From contig CAVRAY010000001.1 in the NCBI GenBank assembly GCA_963719225.1, positions 2,720,001 through 2,784,000 of the forward strand: a DNA stretch of 64,000 nt. Direction: 5' to 3'. The DNA comes from Thermoanaerobaculia bacterium. GTDB taxonomy: Bacteria > Acidobacteriota > Thermoanaerobaculia > UBA5066. Made by a program: the position numbers and the translations under genes. Shown here piece by piece: positions 1-10,368 of this stretch (position 1 is its first letter; each line of letters starts with the position of its first letter). The notes below the pieces were generated by a model. The model made no database searches, had not been told where the DNA came from, and saw only the letters and a program-made list of their open reading frames with translations.

Positions 1-571
1 GAAGAGCTTCGGTGTTCTCGGCGAGCTGCTTTTCGCCGAACGAGACCTTTCCAACCGGCACGTGGATGATGGCGGTCTTGTCGACGCGGAACTCGATCTT
101 GCCGGCCTTGAGCTCCGTGACGGCTTTCGCGACGTCGAACGTGACGGTGCCGGCCTTCGGGTTCGGCATGAGGCCGCGCGGTCCGAGAATCTTCCCGAGA
201 CGGCCGAGCGACTTCATCATGTCCGGCGTCGCGACGAGCGCCTCGAAATCGAGCATGCCGGCCTGGATCTTCGCGACGAGGTCGTCGCCTCCCACGAGAT
301 CGGCGCCGGCCGCTTCGGCTTCCTTGATCTTTTCGCCCGAGGCGACGACCGCGACCCGGGTCGTCTTGCCGAGGCCGTGCGGCAGCACGACCGTGCCGCG
401 CACCATCTGATCCGCGTGCTTGGGATCGACTCCGAGACGCAGCGCGATCTCGACGGTTTCGTTGAACTTGGCGAACGCCGCCGACTTGACGAGGGCGACG
501 GCCTGAGGCACGTCGTAGACCTTCGTCTTGTCGACTTTCGCGGCGGCCGCGGTGAATTTCTTGCCACTCAT
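1..571 (-). CDS. rplA: 50S ribosomal protein L1 (3' end runs off the window)
   Basis: Manual translation from ATG 571: [59 protein letters not shown]...[14 protein letters not shown]; follows rplK. Not in the ORF track because it is open-ended. Confidence 0.97.
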   Translation of the reverse strand, partial: MSGKKFTAAAAKVDKTKVYDVPQAVALVKSAAFAKFNETVEIALRLGVDPKHADQMVRGTVVLPHGLGKTTRVAVVASGEKIKEAEAAGADLVGGDDLVAKIQAGMLDFEALVATPDMMKSLGRLGKILGPRGLMPNPKAGTVTFDVAKAVTELKAGKIEFRVDKTAIIHVPVGKVSFGEKQLAENTEAL

Positions 572-676
572 GTGTTTCTACTCCGGGGAACTAGGCGCTT
601 CGCGTCGTCCGGCGAGAAGCCCCGGGGGCATACCCGGGCACCAGGATGAGCGCGATTCCTGTTCCCTATTCAAACC

Positions 677-1102
677 TCAGCCGATGACCTCGATACCCAT
701 GGATCGCGCCGTTCCCTCCACCGACTTGACGGCGGCCGCGAGATCGACGGTGTTCAGGTCGACGAGCTTGAGCTTCGCGATCTCCTCGACCTGTTTCTTG
801 GTGACTTTTCCGACCTTCGTCTTGTTCGGCACGCCCGAGCCCTTCTCGAGCTTCGCGGCCTTCTTCAGCAGGACGGACGCCGGAGGCGTCTTCGTGATGA
901 AGGAGTACGACCGGTCCGAGTAGACCGTGACGACGACGGGGATGATGAGCCCGGCGTCCTTCGCGGTCTTCGCGTTGAAGGCCTTGCAGAAGTCCATGAT
1001 GTTGACGCCCTGCGGGCCGAGCGCCGTGCCCACGGGCGGAGCCGGCGTGGCCTTCCCCGCCTCGATCTGGAGCTTGACGTAACCGGTTACTTTCTTTGCC
1101 AT
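677..1102 (-). CDS. rplK: 50S ribosomal protein L11
   Basis: [29 protein letters not shown]...[10 protein letters not shown]. Confidence 0.99.
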   Translation of the reverse strand: MAKKVTGYVKLQIEAGKATPAPPVGTALGPQGVNIMDFCKAFNAKTAKDAGLIIPVVVTVYSDRSYSFITKTPPASVLLKKAAKLEKGSGVPNKTKVGKVTKKQVEEIAKLKLVDLNTVDLAAAVKSVEGTARSMGIEVIG

Positions 1103-1109
1103 GTCATTC

Positions 1110-1697
1110 CTACAGTTTCTGAACCTGGACGAATTCGAGCTCGACCGGCGTCGGCCGGCCGAAGATGGTGACGAGGACGCGGAGCGTGGAGCGCTCGAGG
1201 TTGATGTCCTCGACGAGCCCGGTGAATTCCTTGAAGGGGCCGTCGGTGATCTTGACCTGCTCGCCGCGCTCGTAGACGTAGCGCGGCTTCGGCTTCTCCT
1301 TCGACTCGGCCGTGTGGTGGAGGATCGAGTCGACTTCCTCCCGCGTGAGCGGGACGGGCGCCTTCGAGGAGCCGCCCACGAAGCCGGTCACCTTCGGCGT
1401 GTTACGCACGAGGTGCCAGGTCTCGTCGGACATTTCCATCTGGACGAGGACGTAGCCCGGGAAGAACTTCCGCTCGACGTTGCGCCGCTTTCCGGCCTTC
1501 ATCTCGACGACCGTCTCCTTCGGCACGCGGATCTCGCCGAAGTGCGACTCCATGCCGAGGGCCTTGATGCGGTTCGTCAGCTCGAGAACGACGCGGTCCT
1601 CGAACCCCGAATACGTGTGCACGATGAACCAGTCCATCGGTGCCGCGGCACTAGCCGGGGCGGCGGTCGTCTGGTCCTGCGGGTCGGTGGTGCTCAC
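1110..1697 (-). CDS. nusG: Transcription termination/antitermination factor NusG
   Basis: [32 protein letters not shown] motif [18 protein letters not shown]. Confidence 0.99.
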   Translation of the reverse strand: MSTTDPQDQTTAAPASAAAPMDWFIVHTYSGFEDRVVLELTNRIKALGMESHFGEIRVPKETVVEMKAGKRRNVERKFFPGYVLVQMEMSDETWHLVRNTPKVTGFVGGSSKAPVPLTREEVDSILHHTAESKEKPKPRYVYERGEQVKITDGPFKEFTGLVEDINLERSTLRVLVTIFGRPTPVELEFVQVQKL

Positions 1698-1718
1698 GGT
1701 GTATCCGTCCTTGTGTCG

Positions 1719-1931
1719 TCAGCTGCCGAAAGCCGCGAAGAGTTTGTTGACGAGAGGCGTCACCCCCGCATCCACGAGAAAAAGGAAGAGTCCGAAGATC
1801 GCAGTGGAGATGATGACGACCGTGGTCGTGCCGACGACCTCTTCGCGGCCCGGCCACGAGACCTTTCCGGATTCCTTCCTGACCTCGGAGAGAAAGCCGC
1901 GGAAGTGATGCCAGCGCTCGATCGGGTTCAT
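1719..1931 (-). CDS. secE: Preprotein translocase subunit SecE
   Basis: FLSEVRKESGKVSWPGREEV plus one TM helix; between tRNA-Trp and nusG. Confidence 0.96.
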   Translation of the reverse strand: MNPIERWHHFRGFLSEVRKESGKVSWPGREEVVGTTTVVIISTAIFGLFLFLVDAGVTPLVNKLFAAFGS

Positions 1932-2003
1932 GTCTTTTTGTTCGTCCTCGGGTTCGTGATTCGTCGTCTTCGTTCGTTCGTCGTCGTGCGGTCCGTTCGG
2001 CTT

Positions 2004-2081
2004 TGGCAGGGGTGCGGGGATTCGAACCCCGAACCTACGGTTTTGGAGACCGCCGCTCTAGCCAGTTGGAGCTACACCCCT
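2004..2081 (-). tRNA. tRNA-Trp(CCA)
   Basis: Reverse complement AGGGGTGTAGCTCC...GCGGT CTCCAAA ACCGT...GGTTCGAATCC...CACCCCTGCCA; cloverleaf with encoded CCA. Confidence 0.96.
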
Positions 2082-2104
2082 GTAAGAAGGTTGAAAGGCG
2101 CTCG

Positions 2105-2179
2105 TGGAGCGGGAGACGGGATTCGAACCCGCGACCAACAGCTTGGAAGGCTGTGACTCTACCCCTGAGTTACTCCCGC
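2105..2179 (-). tRNA. tRNA-Gly(TCC)
   Basis: GCGGGAGTAACTCAG...CAGC CTTCCAA GCTG...GGTTCGAATCCCGTCTCCCGCTCCA. Confidence 0.97.
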
Positions 2180-2197
2180 GAAAGGATCCCGTGAAGC

Positions 2198-2273
2198 TGG
2201 AGCCCACGAGCAGATTTGAACTGCTGACCCCGTCCTTACCAAGGACGTGCTCTACCAACTGAGCTACGTGGGC
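2198..2273 (-). tRNA. tRNA-Thr(GGT)
   Basis: GCCCACGTAGCTCAGTTGG...GTCC TTGGTAA GGAC...GTTCAAATC...GTGGGCTCCA. Confidence 0.97.
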
Positions 2274-2289
2274 GGAGGTTCCCTGCTGA

Positions 2290-2378
2290 TGGTGGGCAGA
2301 GAGGGATTCGAACCCCCGTAGCACGCAAGGTGCGGCAGATTTACAGTCTGCTGCCATTAACCGCTCGGCCATCTGCCC
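2290..2378 (-). tRNA. tRNA-Tyr(GTA)
   Basis: GGGCAGATGGCCGAGCGG...GCAGA CTGTAAA TCTGC, long variable arm, ends CTGCCCACCA. Confidence 0.97.
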
Positions 2379-2427
2379 GCTCCCCGTTCTTCGTCGATCC
2401 CGATCTCCGGCCCCACGGAGGCTCACC

Positions 2428-2503
2428 TGGAGCTGGCGATGGGACTCGAACCCGCAACCTGCCGATTACAAATCGGCTGCTCTACCCATTGAGCTACGCC
2501 AGC
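2428..2503 (-). tRNA. tRNA-Thr(TGT)
   Basis: GCTGGCGTAGCTCAATGG...GCCGA TTTGTAA TCGGC...GGTTCGAGTCCC...GCCAGCTCCA. Confidence 0.97.
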
Positions 2504-2602
2504 ATTCGCGTTCCCGCCGAAGAGAGCTCGACCGTGCGACCCGGACTGGTAACTGAAGCGGTGGCACGGCTTCGCGCACCTCGGCAAAGGCGCGAACTGT
2601 GG

Positions 2603-2632
2603 TTTATACCAGCCCCGTTCGAGGCGCGTCAA
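2603..2632 (-). promoter_or_regulatory. Putative sigma70 promoter of the tRNA cluster
   Basis: Minus strand TTGACG-N18-TATAAA with a TG extended -10, about 100 bp upstream of tRNA-Thr(TGT). Confidence 0.6.
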
Positions 2633-3372
2633 GCCATTTTCATGCCGGGGCTGCTCCGCGGGGAGCTCCGGCGCCTGACCCAGTCGAAAACGAGCACGCC
2701 CGCAGCGACCGAAACGTTGAGGGATCCGGCTCCGGGGCGCATCGGAATCGAAATCAGTCGATCGCATGATTCTTTCGTCAACCTCCTCAGGCCGGTTCCT
2801 TCCGAGCCCAGGCAGAGGACCACGTCACCGGAAATGTCGACGTCGTAGAGGTTTTCGCCCTCGGTTGCCGCGCCGAAGACCCAGAAGCCGGCATCCTTCG
2901 CCTGCTGGATGAAGCGGGCCGCGTTGACGACTCTGCCGATCCTGACGCGCTCCAGCGCTCCCGCCGAGGCCTTCGACACGGTTTCATTGAGACCTGCGGA
3001 GTGACGCTCCGTGAGGACGACCGCGGCGCCTGCCGCGGCAGCGCTTCTCAGGATGGCCCCCAGATTCCCCGGATCGGTCACTTCGTCGAGAAAAAGGACG
3101 CAGCGGCTCCCCTTCACCCCCGCGAGGCATTCCTCGACTGTGTCGTATTCGCGCTCGGCGACTCGCGCTGCGACTCCGTTGTGTGCGCGGCCCGCGGCAC
3201 GGTCGAGCTCTTCTTTCGCGACGAGCCGGACGGAGACGCCTTTTCCCCGCGCCAGCTCCTCGATTTCCGCGGCCCGCGCGTCCTTGCGGCCCCGCTGCAC
3301 GAGAAGCGCCTCGACCGAGCGCGGACGCCGCTCGAGCACTTCTCGCACCGGATGGAAGCCGGAGACGATCAC
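2629..3372 (-). CDS. rlmB: 23S rRNA 2'-O-methyltransferase, TrmH/SpoU family
   Basis: GTG start overlaps the ispF stop; GFHPVRE, DPGNLGAILRS, GSEGTGL, IPM..GSLNVSVAAG. Confidence 0.93.
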   Translation of the reverse strand: MIVSGFHPVREVLERRPRSVEALLVQRGRKDARAAEIEELARGKGVSVRLVAKEELDRAAGRAHNGVAARVAEREYDTVEECLAGVKGSRCVLFLDEVTDPGNLGAILRSAAAAGAAVVLTERHSAGLNETVSKASAGALERVRIGRVVNAARFIQQAKDAGFWVFGAATEGENLYDVDISGDVVLCLGSEGTGLRRLTKESCDRLISIPMRPGAGSLNVSVAAGVLVFDWVRRRSSPRSSPGMKMA

Positions 3373-3845
3373 TCGGCCGCGTTGCCGCCGACGAGGACGA
3401 CGACCGTCGCGGCCACTCCGACGCCGCGACCGAAGTCGGTCAGGCCGTTTCCCGAGGAAGCCTTGACCGAGATGCGGTCCACGGACGTGCCGAGAAGCGC
3501 CGCGATGTTCGCGCGCATCGCGTCGCGGTGCTCCGCGACGGCGGGCCGCGCCGCGAGCACCGTCACGTCCACGTTTCGGATCTCGGGATGATCCGTCAGC
3601 TCGCGCACGTGGCGCACGAGCGCCTCCCCCGCCGCGCTTTTCCATTCGGGCCGATCCGTGCCGAAGACCGAGCCGAGGTCTCCGGCGGCCGCCGCGCCGA
3701 GGAGGGCGCCCGCCAGGGCGTGGAGCACGACGTCTCCGTCCGAGTGCCCGACGGGCCCGGCGTCCGAAGGAATCGCCACGCCGCCGAGGACGCACGGCCG
3801 CCCGGCGGCGAGAGGGTGCGCGTCGAAACCGTGCCCGATCCTCAT
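3369..3845 (-). CDS. ispF: MEcPP synthase IspF
   Basis: MRIGHGFDAH, GHSDGDV..HA, DLG..F, ISVKA. Confidence 0.97.
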   Translation of the reverse strand: MRIGHGFDAHPLAAGRPCVLGGVAIPSDAGPVGHSDGDVVLHALAGALLGAAAAGDLGSVFGTDRPEWKSAAGEALVRHVRELTDHPEIRNVDVTVLAARPAVAEHRDAMRANIAALLGTSVDRISVKASSGNGLTDFGRGVGVAATVVVLVGGNAAE

Positions 3846-4525
3846 GAGGACGTCCGGGCGAGGAACGCCTCGGCCCAGGCGAGGTCTTCGGGATACGTGA
3901 TCTTGATGTTCCAGCGGGACGTGAGGACGACGGTCACGGGCCCGCCGGTTCGTTCCACGAGCTCGGCATCGTCGGTGGCGTCGGGGCCGCCCTCTTTCTC
4001 GACGGCAGGCCGGAACAGGCCCGCGCGGAAAACCTGCGGCGTCGTGGCCGCGAAGAGGTCGATCCTCGAGACGGTGCCGGCCACCGTGCCGCCGGAAATC
4101 CTCTTGACCGTCTCGACGATCGAGTAGCCCGCGATGGCCGCGCCCGTCTTCTCCGCCGCGTCCACGACCGCCGCCACCTCGACGGGATCGACGAGCGGAC
4201 GCGCGGCGTCGTGGACGAGGACGAGGTCGTCGTCGCTCTCGAACCGGGCTGCCGCGAACGCGCGCGCGACCGATTCCCGCCGTGTCACACCGCCGTCGAC
4301 GAGCACGCAGGGTATCGGGGTTTGGGCAAGAGCTTCCCGGAATGCATCCGTGTGGCCCGGCGAGACCGCGATCACCGCTTCCTTGACGCGCTTCGACGCC
4401 GCGAGGCGCTCGAGAGCGTGCAGGAGCATGGGCCGCCCCGCGAGCAGGACGAGCGCTTTCGGCCCCTCGTCGTGGAAGCGTGTTCCGAAGCCGGCCGAGG
4501 GGATGAGCGCGACGGCGAGAACCAT
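3842..4525 (-). CDS. ispD: MEP cytidylyltransferase IspD
   Basis: SAGFGTRF..PK, GG.TR.ES, VLVHDAARP, TPQVF, TDD, NIKITYPEDL. Confidence 0.97.
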   Translation of the reverse strand: MVLAVALIPSAGFGTRFHDEGPKALVLLAGRPMLLHALERLAASKRVKEAVIAVSPGHTDAFREALAQTPIPCVLVDGGVTRRESVARAFAAARFESDDDLVLVHDAARPLVDPVEVAAVVDAAEKTGAAIAGYSIVETVKRISGGTVAGTVSRIDLFAATTPQVFRAGLFRPAVEKEGGPDATDDAELVERTGGPVTVVLTSRWNIKITYPEDLAWAEAFLARTSS

Positions 4526-5088
4526 CAGCGGGCCAGCACTTCCGCTTCTTTCGTCTTCAGGACGTGCTCGACCTCGGCGACGCTCTTGTCCGTCATTTTC
4601 TGGACGTCGTCGAGAGCGCGCTTCTCGTCGTCGGCCGAGATCGACGAGGCTTTCGCCTCCTTCTTGATCGCGTCGTTTCCCTCGTGGCGATGATGGCGGA
4701 TCTCGACTCTCGCCTGCTCCGCGAAGCCGTGAGCCTTCTTGACGATCTCCTTGCGGCGCTCTTCCGTGGGCTGCGGGACGGGGATGCGCACGACCTTACC
4801 GTCCGAGGACGGGTTGAGGCCGAGGTCGCTCGTCCGGATGGCCTTTTCGATGGCCGGGCAGAGCGAGGGCTCCCAGGGAGACGCGAGCAGCAACGTCGCG
4901 TCGGGCGCCGAAAGGTTCGCCACCTGGTTCAGGGGAGTCGGCGTGCCGTAGTACTCCACGAGGATTCCCTCGAGGATCCCGACGGACGCGCGACCAGTAC
5001 GCAGGTGCTTGAGTTCCGTCTTGAGCGCGTCGAGCGTGGCGTGCATCCGGCGTTCGGTTTCCTTCTTGATCTCGGCAATCGTCGGCAT
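4525..5088 (-). CDS. frr: Ribosome recycling factor
   Basis: LRTGRAS, YYGTPTPLNQVA, SDLGLNP, PTEERRKE. Confidence 0.98.
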   Translation of the reverse strand: MPTIAEIKKETERRMHATLDALKTELKHLRTGRASVGILEGILVEYYGTPTPLNQVANLSAPDATLLLASPWEPSLCPAIEKAIRTSDLGLNPSSDGKVVRIPVPQPTEERRKEIVKKAHGFAEQARVEIRHHRHEGNDAIKKEAKASSISADDEKRALDDVQKMTDKSVAEVEHVLKTKEAEVLAR

Positions 5089-5123
5089 GGTTCCCCGGCT
5101 CCTTCACCCGGCTCGTGATGAGA

Positions 5124-5846
5124 TCAGGCCTTCACGGAGTCCACAACGCTCCCGATCGGCTCTCCGAGGACGACCCTGCGGATGTTTCCGGGAACGAGGA
5201 GGTTGAAGACGCGAATCGGCATCTTGTTGTCCCGGCAGAGGGAGATCGCCGTGGCGTCCATGACCGCCAACCGCTTCTCGAGCACGTCCTGGTAGGTGAC
5301 CCGCGGCAGGAAAACGGCCTTCGGGTCCGTCTTCGGGTCGGCAGTGTAAATGCCGTCGACGCGCGTGGCCTTCAGGATCGCCTCGGCGCGGACCTCGTTC
5401 GCGCGCAAGGCGGCGGCCGAGTCCGTCGTGAAGTACGGATTGCCCGTGCCTCCGGCGAAGATGACGCAGCGCTTCTTTTCGAGATGCCGGATCGCCCGTC
5501 GCCGGATGAACGGCTCCGCGACCGCCCGCACCTCGAAAGCCGTCATGACGCGCGTGTGGATGTCGCGTTTCTCGAGAGCGTCCTGCAGCGCGAGCGCGTT
5601 GATCACGGTCGCGAGCATCCCCATGTTGTCACCCGTGACGCGGTCGATGCCCTGCGTCGCCGCCGAGACGCCACGGATGATGTTGCCGCCCCCGATCACG
5701 ATGGCGACCTCGACGCCGAGGCGCGCGACCTCGGCGATCTCGTCGGCGAGGCGCTCGACGACGGCCGGCTCGATTCCGAAAGACTGGCTGCCGAGGAGGG
5801 CCTCCCCGGAGAGCTTCAGCAGGACCCGGCGAAAGCGGGCTTCCAC
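5124..5846 (-). CDS. pyrH: Uridylate kinase
   Basis: GTG start 5846; [29 protein letters not shown]. Confidence 0.97.
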   Translation of the reverse strand: MEARFRRVLLKLSGEALLGSQSFGIEPAVVERLADEIAEVARLGVEVAIVIGGGNIIRGVSAATQGIDRVTGDNMGMLATVINALALQDALEKRDIHTRVMTAFEVRAVAEPFIRRRAIRHLEKKRCVIFAGGTGNPYFTTDSAAALRANEVRAEAILKATRVDGIYTADPKTDPKAVFLPRVTYQDVLEKRLAVMDATAISLCRDNKMPIRVFNLLVPGNIRRVVLGEPIGSVVDSVKA

Positions 5847-5850
5847 GTTC

Positions 5851-6774
5851 TTACTTGGCCAGCGCGGCGACCTCGGCCGCGAAGTCTCCGCCGCCGGAAT
5901 TCTTCTCGATGCCTTCGCCCACCTTGAAGCGCACGAAGCGGACGACGGAAGCGTCCTTGCCCGCGCGCTCGGCGATGACCTGCGACACTTTCTTGCTGTC
6001 GTCCTTCGCGAAAGGCTGGTCGAGGAGCACGACCTCTCCATACCACTTTCCGATCATCCCCTCGACCATCTTGTCGGCCACGGCCTCCGGCTTGCCGGCG
6101 GCGACCGCCTTGGCGCGCGCGATCTCGCGCTCGTCGGCGAGCGCCTTGGCGGACACGCCGTCCCGATTCGCGAACTGCGGAGACAACGCGGCCACGTGCA
6201 TCGCGAGGTCTTTGGACAGATCCCCGGGCATTCCCTTCGTCTCGATGACGACGACGGTCTTGTCGCCGGGGTGCGCATAGAGCGTGAGCGCGGATTCCGG
6301 CGCGGCCATGAGGCGCGCGAAGCGTCGAAGCTGCGTGTTCTCCCCCGTCTCGGCCGTGAAGGCCTGGAGCGATTCGGCGACGGTTCCGGTCGCACACGGG
6401 AGATGCTTCGGAGCGGGGAGGGCTTTCACCCGCTCGACGTCTCCTTCGGCCGTGTCTCCGAGGCTTGCCGAATGGAAGACGAGCTCGGCGAGAACGTGGC
6501 GCGCCTTCTTGAACGCGTCCGTCCGCGCGACGAAGTCCGTCTCGCAGTTCAGCTCGACGAGAGCCGCCATGCCGGCCTCCACGTGATAGCCGACGAGGCC
6601 CTCGGCGGCCACGCGACCTGCCTTCTTCGCGGCGGCCGCGAGCCCCTTCTTGCGGAGGATCTTCTCGGCCTCCTCCATGTTGCCGTTCGACTCCTCGAGC
6701 GCGCGCTTGCAATCGAGCATTCCGGCGCCCGTTCTGTCGCGGAGCATCTTGACCATCACTGCGGAAATCGCCAT
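5851..6774 (-). CDS. tsf: Elongation factor Ts
   Basis: [36 protein letters not shown]. Confidence 0.98.
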   Translation of the reverse strand: MAISAVMVKMLRDRTGAGMLDCKRALEESNGNMEEAEKILRKKGLAAAAKKAGRVAAEGLVGYHVEAGMAALVELNCETDFVARTDAFKKARHVLAELVFHSASLGDTAEGDVERVKALPAPKHLPCATGTVAESLQAFTAETGENTQLRRFARLMAAPESALTLYAHPGDKTVVVIETKGMPGDLSKDLAMHVAALSPQFANRDGVSAKALADEREIARAKAVAAGKPEAVADKMVEGMIGKWYGEVVLLDQPFAKDDSKKVSQVIAERAGKDASVVRFVRFKVGEGIEKNSGGGDFAAEVAALAK

Positions 6775-6790
6775 GGGTACCTCTTACGTC

Positions 6791-6832
6791 AAAAGGGGCC
6801 GGCGGGAGAAGCGTGTCCTCCAGCCGGCCCCG
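6791..6832 (-). terminator. Rho-independent terminator/attenuator-like hairpin between rpsB and tsf
   Basis: Minus strand GGGGCCGGC...GCCGGCCCC followed by TTTT. Confidence 0.6.
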
Positions 6833-6850
6833 TTCTCTCTCGGATTCGGT

Positions 6851-7693
6851 TCAGACCGGGACGGGGACGACCGGGACCTCGGGTTTCGCTGGGGAGCCGG
6901 CGGCGGCGCCCGCCGCAGGCGCGGCGGCTGTCGTTGCGTCGGCCACGTGGAAGTTCGCGGGCATGGGCTCGTCGTCCGCATGATCGACCTTACCCACGAA
7001 GCGCTCTTCCTGCGCGTGCAGGCCTTCCAGAACGGCGTCGGCCATCTTGCCCGTGAAGAGCTTGATGGCGCGGATCGCGTCGTCGTTGCCGGGGATGACG
7101 TGCGAGATGCTGTCGGGATCGCAGTTCGTGTCGACGATGGCCACGACCGGGATGCTCAGCTTCCGGGCCTCCTGCACCGCGATCGCCTCCTTCTTGGGGT
7201 CGATCACGAAGAGGACGTCCGGCAGCTCCTCCATCTCCTTGATCCCGATGAGGTTCTTCGAAAGCTTCGCCTTCTCGCGGTCGAGCTGGATGCGCTCTTT
7301 CTTGGTCAGGATCGCGTCCGATCCCTCCACGAGCATCGCCTCGATCTCCTTGAGGCGGCTGATGGACTTCCGGATCGTCACGAAGTTCGTGAGGGTGCCG
7401 CCGAGCCACCGGTTGTTCACGTAGAACATGCCGCAGCGGTTCGCCTCCTCGTAGATGGCGTCCTGGGCCTGCCGCTTCGTCCCGACGAAGAGGATGTTCT
7501 TCCCCTGCGAGGCGACGTCCGTGATGAAGGCCGCGGCCTCGCGGAAGCACTTGAGGGTCTTCTGGAGATCGATGATGTAGATGCCGTTGCGCTTGCCGAA
7601 GATGTACTTCTTCATCTTCGGATTCCAGCGTTTCGTCTGGTGCCCGAAATGAACGCCCGCCTCGAGCAGCTCCTTCATCGTGATCTGACTCAT
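6851..7693 (-). CDS. rpsB: 30S ribosomal protein S2
   Basis: [37 protein letters not shown]; Ala/Pro-rich tail. Confidence 0.99.
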   Translation of the reverse strand: MSQITMKELLEAGVHFGHQTKRWNPKMKKYIFGKRNGIYIIDLQKTLKCFREAAAFITDVASQGKNILFVGTKRQAQDAIYEEANRCGMFYVNNRWLGGTLTNFVTIRKSISRLKEIEAMLVEGSDAILTKKERIQLDREKAKLSKNLIGIKEMEELPDVLFVIDPKKEAIAVQEARKLSIPVVAIVDTNCDPDSISHVIPGNDDAIRAIKLFTGKMADAVLEGLHAQEERFVGKVDHADDEPMPANFHVADATTAAAPAAGAAAGSPAKPEVPVVPVPV

Positions 7694-7703
7694 CTCTCCC
7701 CCA

Positions 7704-8096
7704 TTACCTCTTCGAGAACTGGAACCGGGCGCGAGCCCCGCGCTGTCCGTACTTCTTGCGCTCCTTCATGCGCGAGTCGCGCGTGAGGAGGCCGGCCTTC
7801 TTGAGCGCGCCGCGGAGCTCGCCGTTGAAGAGGCAGAGCGCGCGGGCGATCCCGTGGCGGATCGCGCCCGCCTGGCCCGCGCTCCCCCCGCCCTCGACGA
7901 GGGCGACGACGTCGAACTTGTCGACCGTCTCGGTGAGCTGCAGGGGCTGGCGGATGACCATCTTGAGCACGTCGTTCGGGAAGAAGTCCTCGAAGGTGCG
8001 GTCGTTGACCTGCACGGTCCCCTTGCCGGGGCGGAGGTACACGCGGGCAACGGACTCTTTCCGGCGTCCCACGGCCTGATACTGGAGGTTCGTCAC
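7704..8096 (-). CDS. rpsI: 30S ribosomal protein S9
   Basis: [38 protein letters not shown]. Confidence 0.99.
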   Translation of the reverse strand: MTNLQYQAVGRRKESVARVYLRPGKGTVQVNDRTFEDFFPNDVLKMVIRQPLQLTETVDKFDVVALVEGGGSAGQAGAIRHGIARALCLFNGELRGALKKAGLLTRDSRMKERKKYGQRGARARFQFSKR

Positions 8097-8143
8097 GGGG
8101 TTCGTTTCTCTCTTTCCGTTCGTGCTTTCGTCGTCAATCCCGG

Positions 8144-8578
8144 TCAGACGGCGACGGCGGCCGGAGACTGGGCGGTGTGCGGATGAGCCGGGCCTGCGTA
8201 GACCTTGAGCTTCTTGAACATCTTCCGGCCGAGCTTCGTCTTCGGCAGCATGCCGCGGACGGCCGCTTCGATGACACGCTCGGGATGCGTGGCCTTCAGC
8301 TTGCCCGCTTCGATCGAGCGGAGGCCTCCCGGGAAGCCCGTGTGGTGCCGGTACATCTTCTGGTCGAGCTTCGTGCCGGTGAAGGCGACCTTCTCGGCGT
8401 TCACCACGACGACGAAGTCACCGGTGTCGAGAAAAGGCGTGTAGATGGCTTTCGTCTTGCCCGTGAGGTGGCGCGCGACGAGCGTCGCGAGACGACCGAG
8501 CACCTTGCCGTCGGCATCGACGACGATCCAGCGTCGGGAGAGGTCGGAGATTTTCGGAAGCGGCGTGCGAGTGCTCAC
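8144..8578 (-). CDS. rplM: 50S ribosomal protein L13
   Basis: [42 protein letters not shown]. Confidence 0.99.
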   Translation of the reverse strand: MSTRTPLPKISDLSRRWIVVDADGKVLGRLATLVARHLTGKTKAIYTPFLDTGDFVVVVNAEKVAFTGTKLDQKMYRHHTGFPGGLRSIEAGKLKATHPERVIEAAVRGMLPKTKLGRKMFKKLKVYAGPAHPHTAQSPAAVAV

Positions 8579-8742
8579 GGGAACAGCGGTCTCCGATCGG
8601 GGCGGTTGAGGGGTGCGTCACCCCGGCTGGAAAATTCCGGGGTCGGTCTCACGATGCGGACCAGGGAAGCATCGAAAGACCAGGGCCCCGACGGCACACG
8701 ATAAGCGGGCTTCCGGCGAACCATCCACCCGCAGGGCCATGA

Positions 8743-8771
8743 AAAATACGCCCCCTGCCGGTCCCTGTCAA
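8743..8771 (-). promoter_or_regulatory. Putative sigma70 promoter of the rplM operon
   Basis: Minus strand TTGACA-N17-TATTTT. Confidence 0.7.
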
Positions 8772-8808
8772 GCAAGGCCCCCGTCCTTTCTCCCTCAGAA
8801 TAGAAGAG

Positions 8809-9729
8809 ATGACGGCTTCCATTCTGGACGGGGCGCGTGTCGCACGCGCGATCCGCGCCGAGGTGGCCGACGACGTGGCGGAGCTCGCAGGGCGCGGGGT
8901 CATCCCCTGCCTCGCGGTCGTCCTCGTGGGAGAGCATCCGGCGAGCGCGGTCTACGTCGCGAGCAAAGGCGCCGCGGCGCGCGAGGCCGGGATCGCCGAA
9001 CGCACGCTGCGCTTCCCCGAGACCCTGCCGGAAGAGGTGCTCCTCCGGACGGTCGCCGAGCTCAACGCGGACGACGCGGTGGACGGGATCCTGGTCCAGC
9101 TTCCCCTTCCGAAACACATCGACACCACCCGCGTCCTCGAGGCGATCGACCCCGGGAAGGACGTCGACGGGTTCCACCCGCTGAACGCCGGACGGCTGCT
9201 GCAGGGCAAGCCCGCGATCGTCCCCTGCACGCCGGCGGGAATCCTCGAGCTGCTCGCCCGTGAAGGGATCCCGATCCAGGGGACGAGGGCCGTCGTCGTC
9301 GGCCGGAGCGACATCGTGGGAAAGCCCACGGCGCTCCTGCTTCTCCAGAGCCACGCGACCGTGACGATCGCGCATTCGAAGACCCGCGACCTGCCGGGCC
9401 TCTGCCGGGAGGCGGACCTCCTCGTCGCGGCGATCGGGCGGCCCGGCTTCGTGACGGGTGACTTCGTGAAGGAAGGCGCCGTCCTCGTGGACGTCGGGAT
9501 CAACCGGCTGACCTTGCGCGCCGACGTGGAGAGATTCTTTCCCGGCGACGCCGCGCGCCTTCTGGCTTTCGAGAAGAAGGGCTCGACGCTCGTGGGCGAT
9601 TGCGACCCGGCGACGGCTTTCCCGCGATCGTCCCGCTACACGCCTGTCCCCGGCGGCGTCGGACCGCTCACGATTTCCATGCTCCTCCGAAACACGCTCG
9701 ACCTCTGCCGGGTAAGGCGCCCGGCATGA
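8809..9729 (+). CDS. folD: Methylenetetrahydrofolate dehydrogenase/cyclohydrolase
   Basis: GILVQLPLP, KDVDGFHP, PCTP, GRSDIVGKP, TPVPGGVGP; insertion after DVGINR. Confidence 0.98.
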   Translation: MTASILDGARVARAIRAEVADDVAELAGRGVIPCLAVVLVGEHPASAVYVASKGAAAREAGIAERTLRFPETLPEEVLLRTVAELNADDAVDGILVQLPLPKHIDTTRVLEAIDPGKDVDGFHPLNAGRLLQGKPAIVPCTPAGILELLAREGIPIQGTRAVVVGRSDIVGKPTALLLLQSHATVTIAHSKTRDLPGLCREADLLVAAIGRPGFVTGDFVKEGAVLVDVGINRLTLRADVERFFPGDAARLLAFEKKGSTLVGDCDPATAFPRSSRYTPVPGGVGPLTISMLLRNTLDLCRVRRPA

Positions 9730-10340
9730 TCCTGAAAGTCGGCCTGACCGGGGGTCTCGCGTCGGGCAAGAGCACCGTGGCCGCGCGGCTTCGCGAGCAC
9801 GGAATATCCGTTCTCGACGCGGACCTCATCGTCCACGACCTTTATCGCGCGCACCGCGCGGGCGCCCTCGCGGTGGCGGATGCGTTCGGGCCCGAGTTCC
9901 TCGCGCCGGACAGCTCGGTCGACCGCCGCAAGGTCTCCGCCCACGTCTTCCACGATCCCGACGCGCTCGCGCGCCTCAACGGGCTCATTCACCCGCTCGT
10001 CCGCGACGAGCAGGCGCGCTGGTTCCAGGAGCTCGAGGCGAAGGGCGAGAAGCTCGGTGTCGTCGAGGCCTCGCTCCTCGTGGAGACCGGAGGCCGCCAG
10101 CGCTTCGACGTCCTCGTGACCGTCTCGGCTCCGACGGACGTGCGCCTCGCCCGGGCGATTCGCCGCAGCGGCGAGACGGACCCGAACGAGCTCATACGCC
10201 GCATGTCGTCGCAGTTCTCGGACGCCGTCCGCGAAGAGGTCGCGGACATCGTCCTGCGCGCGGACGGGACGAAGGAAGACCTGCTCGCGAAAGTCGACGC
10301 GCTGGCGGACAAGCTGCGCGCGCTCGCGGGGAAGAATTGA
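9726..10340 (+). CDS. coaE: Dephospho-CoA kinase
   Basis: ATG overlaps the folD stop; VGLTGGLASGKST, DAD, HPLV. Confidence 0.95.
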   Translation: MILKVGLTGGLASGKSTVAARLREHGISVLDADLIVHDLYRAHRAGALAVADAFGPEFLAPDSSVDRRKVSAHVFHDPDALARLNGLIHPLVRDEQARWFQELEAKGEKLGVVEASLLVETGGRQRFDVLVTVSAPTDVRLARAIRRSGETDPNELIRRMSSQFSDAVREEVADIVLRADGTKEDLLAKVDALADKLRALAGKN

Positions 10341-10348
10341 ACAAAGAC

Positions 10349-10368
10349 GATCTTCTTAGAATAGGAAT
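10349..10368 (+). repeat. Dispersed TTCTTNGAA motif, cluster 1
   Basis: GATCTTCTTAGAATAGGAAT at the coaE/rdgB junction; contains the rdgB TAA stop. Confidence 0.55.

Noticed and set aside
572-676. L1 autoregulatory leader between rplK and rplA
   Set aside because: A CCGGGG/CCCCGG pairing overlaps the Shine-Dalgarno, but I could not match the L1-binding consensus by eye
2004-2503. Prophage or integrative element at the tRNA cluster
   Set aside because: No integrase, phage genes or duplicated tRNA 3' end seen in the window
7254-7262. TTCTTCGAA in rpsB as a motif copy
   Set aside because: Isolated core with no flanking match, partner or tract; explained by ordinary codons
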